Below, in pieces: positions 14,009 to 14,836 of a stretch of 14,836 nt of DNA. Origin of the DNA: Myxococcota bacterium. Its GTDB lineage: Bacteria; Myxococcota; XYA12-FULL-58-9; JALHOP01. Every line of letters begins with the position of its first letter. The first letter of the stretch is position 1. The translations under genes were made by a program, and so were the position numbers. The notes beneath the pieces are model-generated. The model saw nothing but the letters and a program-made list of their open reading frames with translations, was not told where the DNA came from and searched no databases. Location of the stretch: the NCBI GenBank assembly GCA_041288095.1, contig JBGGMJ010000200.1:1-14836 (forward strand). The letters run 5' to 3'.

Positions 14009-14836
14009 TCAGCAGCCTTCGCCGCAGGAGTAATACTGCTCCTCCACGTTGCGCACGAAGAAGCCAATGAGCGTGCGGCCCTGGTAAGCCACCTCGCGCC
14101 GCTTCGCCATCAAAACCTGGACCGAGACGGCGTGCCCAGCGCTCGCCGAACCGTTCCACGATTGCTCCAACAGATCGTCGATGACGCTTTGGTCGATCGT
14201 CAGGACCTGGGTGGAAGGTAGGACCCAGCACTCGTAGGCCGCCATGCCGAGGTTGCCCGTACCCAAGACGAGCACGTGCATGAACTCGGCATCGATTTCG
14301 TCGGATTGCCAGCTGACCGTCACGCCGGCGTCCGGAAACCCCTCGCCACCGACGGGCGTGACGCTGACCTCGCTCGTCGCTCCGCCGGCGAGCCCAGGCA
14401 GGGTGATGACCGGGCTCGCTGCATCCGCTGGAGCGTACACGGGAATGCCCGAGGGCAGCACGTTGGGCGGGTCACTTGGGTTGACGAGCTCGTTGTAGAA
14501 GCCGAACATACCGATGACGTCCGGCTCGAAGCTCGCGGTGACCACCTCGGGAAACTTGGCGACGACCGCGTCGTTGCCGCCGCTGCCGATGTGCGACGAG
14601 ATCATCCGGTAGTCGGGGTCGAGCAGCGTGTCGATCATGCCACCTTCGCCGTCGTCGTACTGGTGGATCGTGACCGGGAAGCACGAACCGGTGGTGCCGC
14701 GTAGCGGTACGATGCCGTAGAAGCGTTGAATCGCGTTCACCATGGAGTCGAACTTCGCTTGCTCGGCCCCTCCGTCATAGAAGACGGCGTTCAAGCTCGA
14801 GTAGAGATCGCCAGCGGGGTAGGTGACGCCGTAGTA
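14009..14836 (-). CDS. Acidic, beta-rich hypothetical protein, probably extracytoplasmic (partial, starts beyond the window)
   Basis: Frame stays open from the window edge (YYGVTYPAGDLYSSLNAVFY...) to TGA at 14009-14011. Asp/Glu/Gly/Pro-rich and Lys-poor with several Cys, a composition typical of exported or lipoproteins. Confidence 0.8.
   Translation of the reverse strand, partial: YYGVTYPAGDLYSSLNAVFYDGGAEQAKFDSMVNAIQRFYGIVPLRGTTGSCFPVTIHQYDDGEGGMIDTLLDPDYRMISSHIGSGGNDAVVAKFPEVVTASFEPDVIGMFGFYNELVNPSDPPNVLPSGIPVYAPADAASPVITLPGLAGGATSEVSVTPVGGEGFPDAGVTVSWQSDEIDAEFMHVLVLGTGNLGMAAYECWVLPSTQVLTIDQSVIDDLLEQSWNGSASAGHAVSVQVLMAKRREVAYQGRTLIGFFVRNVEEQYYSCGEGC

Overview
GC-rich bacterial chromosomal segment. 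L13/S9 sequence style and lipoprotein content suggest Myxococcota/Deltaproteobacteria (inference). It holds a housekeeping core: rlmE, and rplM-rpsI with a sigma70-type promoter and a strong terminator. Around this sit many hydrolases: a C26/PuuD-type glutamine amidotransferase-fold enzyme, an M16 zinc protease, an S37/S28-type lipoprotein peptidase, an MBL-fold hydrolase and an S9 prolyl-oligopeptidase-like enzyme. There are also a RibD-C/DHFR-fold reductase, a Tat-exported His-motif lipoprotein and several hypothetical proteins. No mobile element, CRISPR array or structural RNA gene was seen, and no clear self-contained novel operon. The best leads are (i) a shared AAC-N16/17-CGATA motif upstream of three scattered accessory genes lacking signal peptides (possible alternative-sigma regulon), (ii) a Tat lipoprotein with three HxH motifs sharing a tiny divergent control region that contains an inverted repeat, and (iii) enzymes with atypical nucleophile motifs and N-terminal extensions.
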